Assembly (NCBI GenBank): GCA_973895155.1
Contig: OZ316892.1
Coordinates: 9,714,283 to 9,778,282 of the forward strand
DNA: 64,000 nt
Reading direction: 5' to 3'
From: Marsupella aquatica
Lineage: Eukaryota > Plantae > Marchantiophyta
Shown here: in pieces, positions 62,685 through 64,000 of the stretch
Layout of the letters: the number at the start of each line of letters is the position of its first letter
How positions within the stretch are numbered: position 1 is the stretch's first letter
Notes under the pieces: generated by a model
The model's input: only the letters and a program-made list of their open reading frames with translations
The model's database searches: none
Told to the model about the DNA's origin: nothing
Made by a program: the position numbers and the translations under genes

Positions 62685-63570
62685 TTTCTCAAATAAATTG
62701 AGACAGGCTGCATACTGCATAAGAACACGATGATAAGTGACTATACCTCGACAAGCTTGTCTGAACGTAGAGCTGAGCAGTTCGTTAAAAGAGCAACGAA
62801 AAGCTTACTGTAGCATGTTCTAGCACCATATAGCTTCCCCAAGTGGATGCAACTAACATTGTGATTCAGTTTTCCGGGGACCATAAGAAGTTGTCAAGAG
62901 AAACTACCGTCCCATGGGATGTTGTTAGATTTCTTCTCGAACAAACTTGTCCAATAGCCTTATAAAAAGAATTCTGCTGCTGAAAAAAGGCCAAACGATG
63001 CAATGGACTCAAACAAGAGGGGATTTTATAATAGTACTCGATATAGACAAATCGAGGTCCGCGACGGAGCACTGAGCCAAGCGGGCCTTAGAAAATAAAA
63101 GATGTGGTCATATTAACAAAGGTGGATACAAAAAGTAGGAGTGGTCAGAGCCGCGCTATATGGGAGATTCCCTGGGACCCCGAAGAATCAGCTGCGTCAG
63201 AATCCTGCAGGAGTCTTTTCTCCAAAGACTAGGAAACAACGAATAAATGTGCTACTCTACATAATTTTACAAATTACGAGCCTTCATGGTCAAACTTTGG
63301 AAGCTTATAGAATAGTGATCTAACGTTTGTTCGCCAGGGCTTGAAGAATTCTCATGTGGTTCAACAGATACAAAACTGCATAAGCTTCTACAAATGCCAT
63401 ATTCCATCATTGTAGTCATTCCAGACATGAAAGAAGCATGGTGTTTGAGCTCATAATACGCCTGATTTACACCCCATATGCTTTGATCTTGAGCTTCAGG
63501 ATACATCTCCAGGTGTAGCACTATGTAAACTATGAGCTAGGGAACACTTCTAGCACTTCAAGCAGATCCA

Positions 63571-64000
63571 TCAGGTTTTCAGAAATGATGTGATGCCAAA
63601 AGGAGGAGGGCCGTCCTGTTCAAATCACCCCCACTGATGTATTAGTATTCTATTAATTCGACATTTATGGAATCACAAACTAGTTTAGTGTGCAGTCCTA
63701 AAACCTTCAATTCGTCAATACCTGTACTTAGCCCTAGCCCAGTTCTTTCTCACCCATGCCATTTTATTCTAACTTCAAATAGCCTGTCCTCCATTTATCG
63801 CTAGCACAATAGAGAAAGCTGCAAACTAACAGACAAAACCGAAGTTCCAAATCCATCTTTTTCGTGAAAACCTACCGACGAGGTCCAACAGTCCATTACT
63901 CAGAATTCGTACCTTGCCTTTTTCCTGATGCAGCCGTTGTTGTACAACTGTCATGTGCTGTATAAGTCTTTCCATGGATGTATGACTCGGAAGATTAGCA
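63571..64000 (-). CDS. 3' end of a GID8-like LisH/CTLH/CRA-domain protein (partial; exons >64000-63913 and 63615-63571)
   Basis: Not in the ORF track. Spliced translation ANLPSHTSMERLIQHMTVVQQRLHQEKGK|DGPPPFGITSFLKT* resembles the C-terminus of plant RanBPM-related/GID8 homologues as I recall it; AAG|GTACGA...AACAG|GAC junction. Confidence 0.65.

Overview
Eukaryotic nuclear DNA with many GT-AG introns. It comes from a land plant, probably a non-seed plant that does organellar C-to-U editing; this is inferred from the moss/liverwort-style PLS-DYW PPR genes and is not proven. I assembled these spliced genes by hand with phase-compatible junctions: a small secreted S-protein-homologue (SPH)-like gene, a CYP71-clan P450, an intact PLS-DYW PPR editing factor with a hidden upstream exon, a TMEM41/VTT (DedA) membrane protein, plastid ribosomal protein L34, an acid-lipase-family lipase, a GH95 alpha-fucosidase, TRAPPC4/TRS23, a 2OG-Fe(II) dioxygenase and the 3' end of a GID8-like CTLH/CRA gene. 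There is also an intronless amaranthin/agglutinin-like ORF. The first 15 kb holds decayed duplicates (a DYW-PPR pseudogene and an rpl34 pseudogene) and three satellite-filled non-autonomous Helitrons, one carrying a nested element with unusual asymmetric ends. Two same-family solo LTRs, each with its own 5-bp TSD, face each other at 44.6-46.5 kb. The most notable items are the SPH-like gene, the stand-alone amaranthin-like protein, the PPR-DYW birth/death pair and the unclassified nested element. All family calls rest on motif recognition by eye, not database searches.
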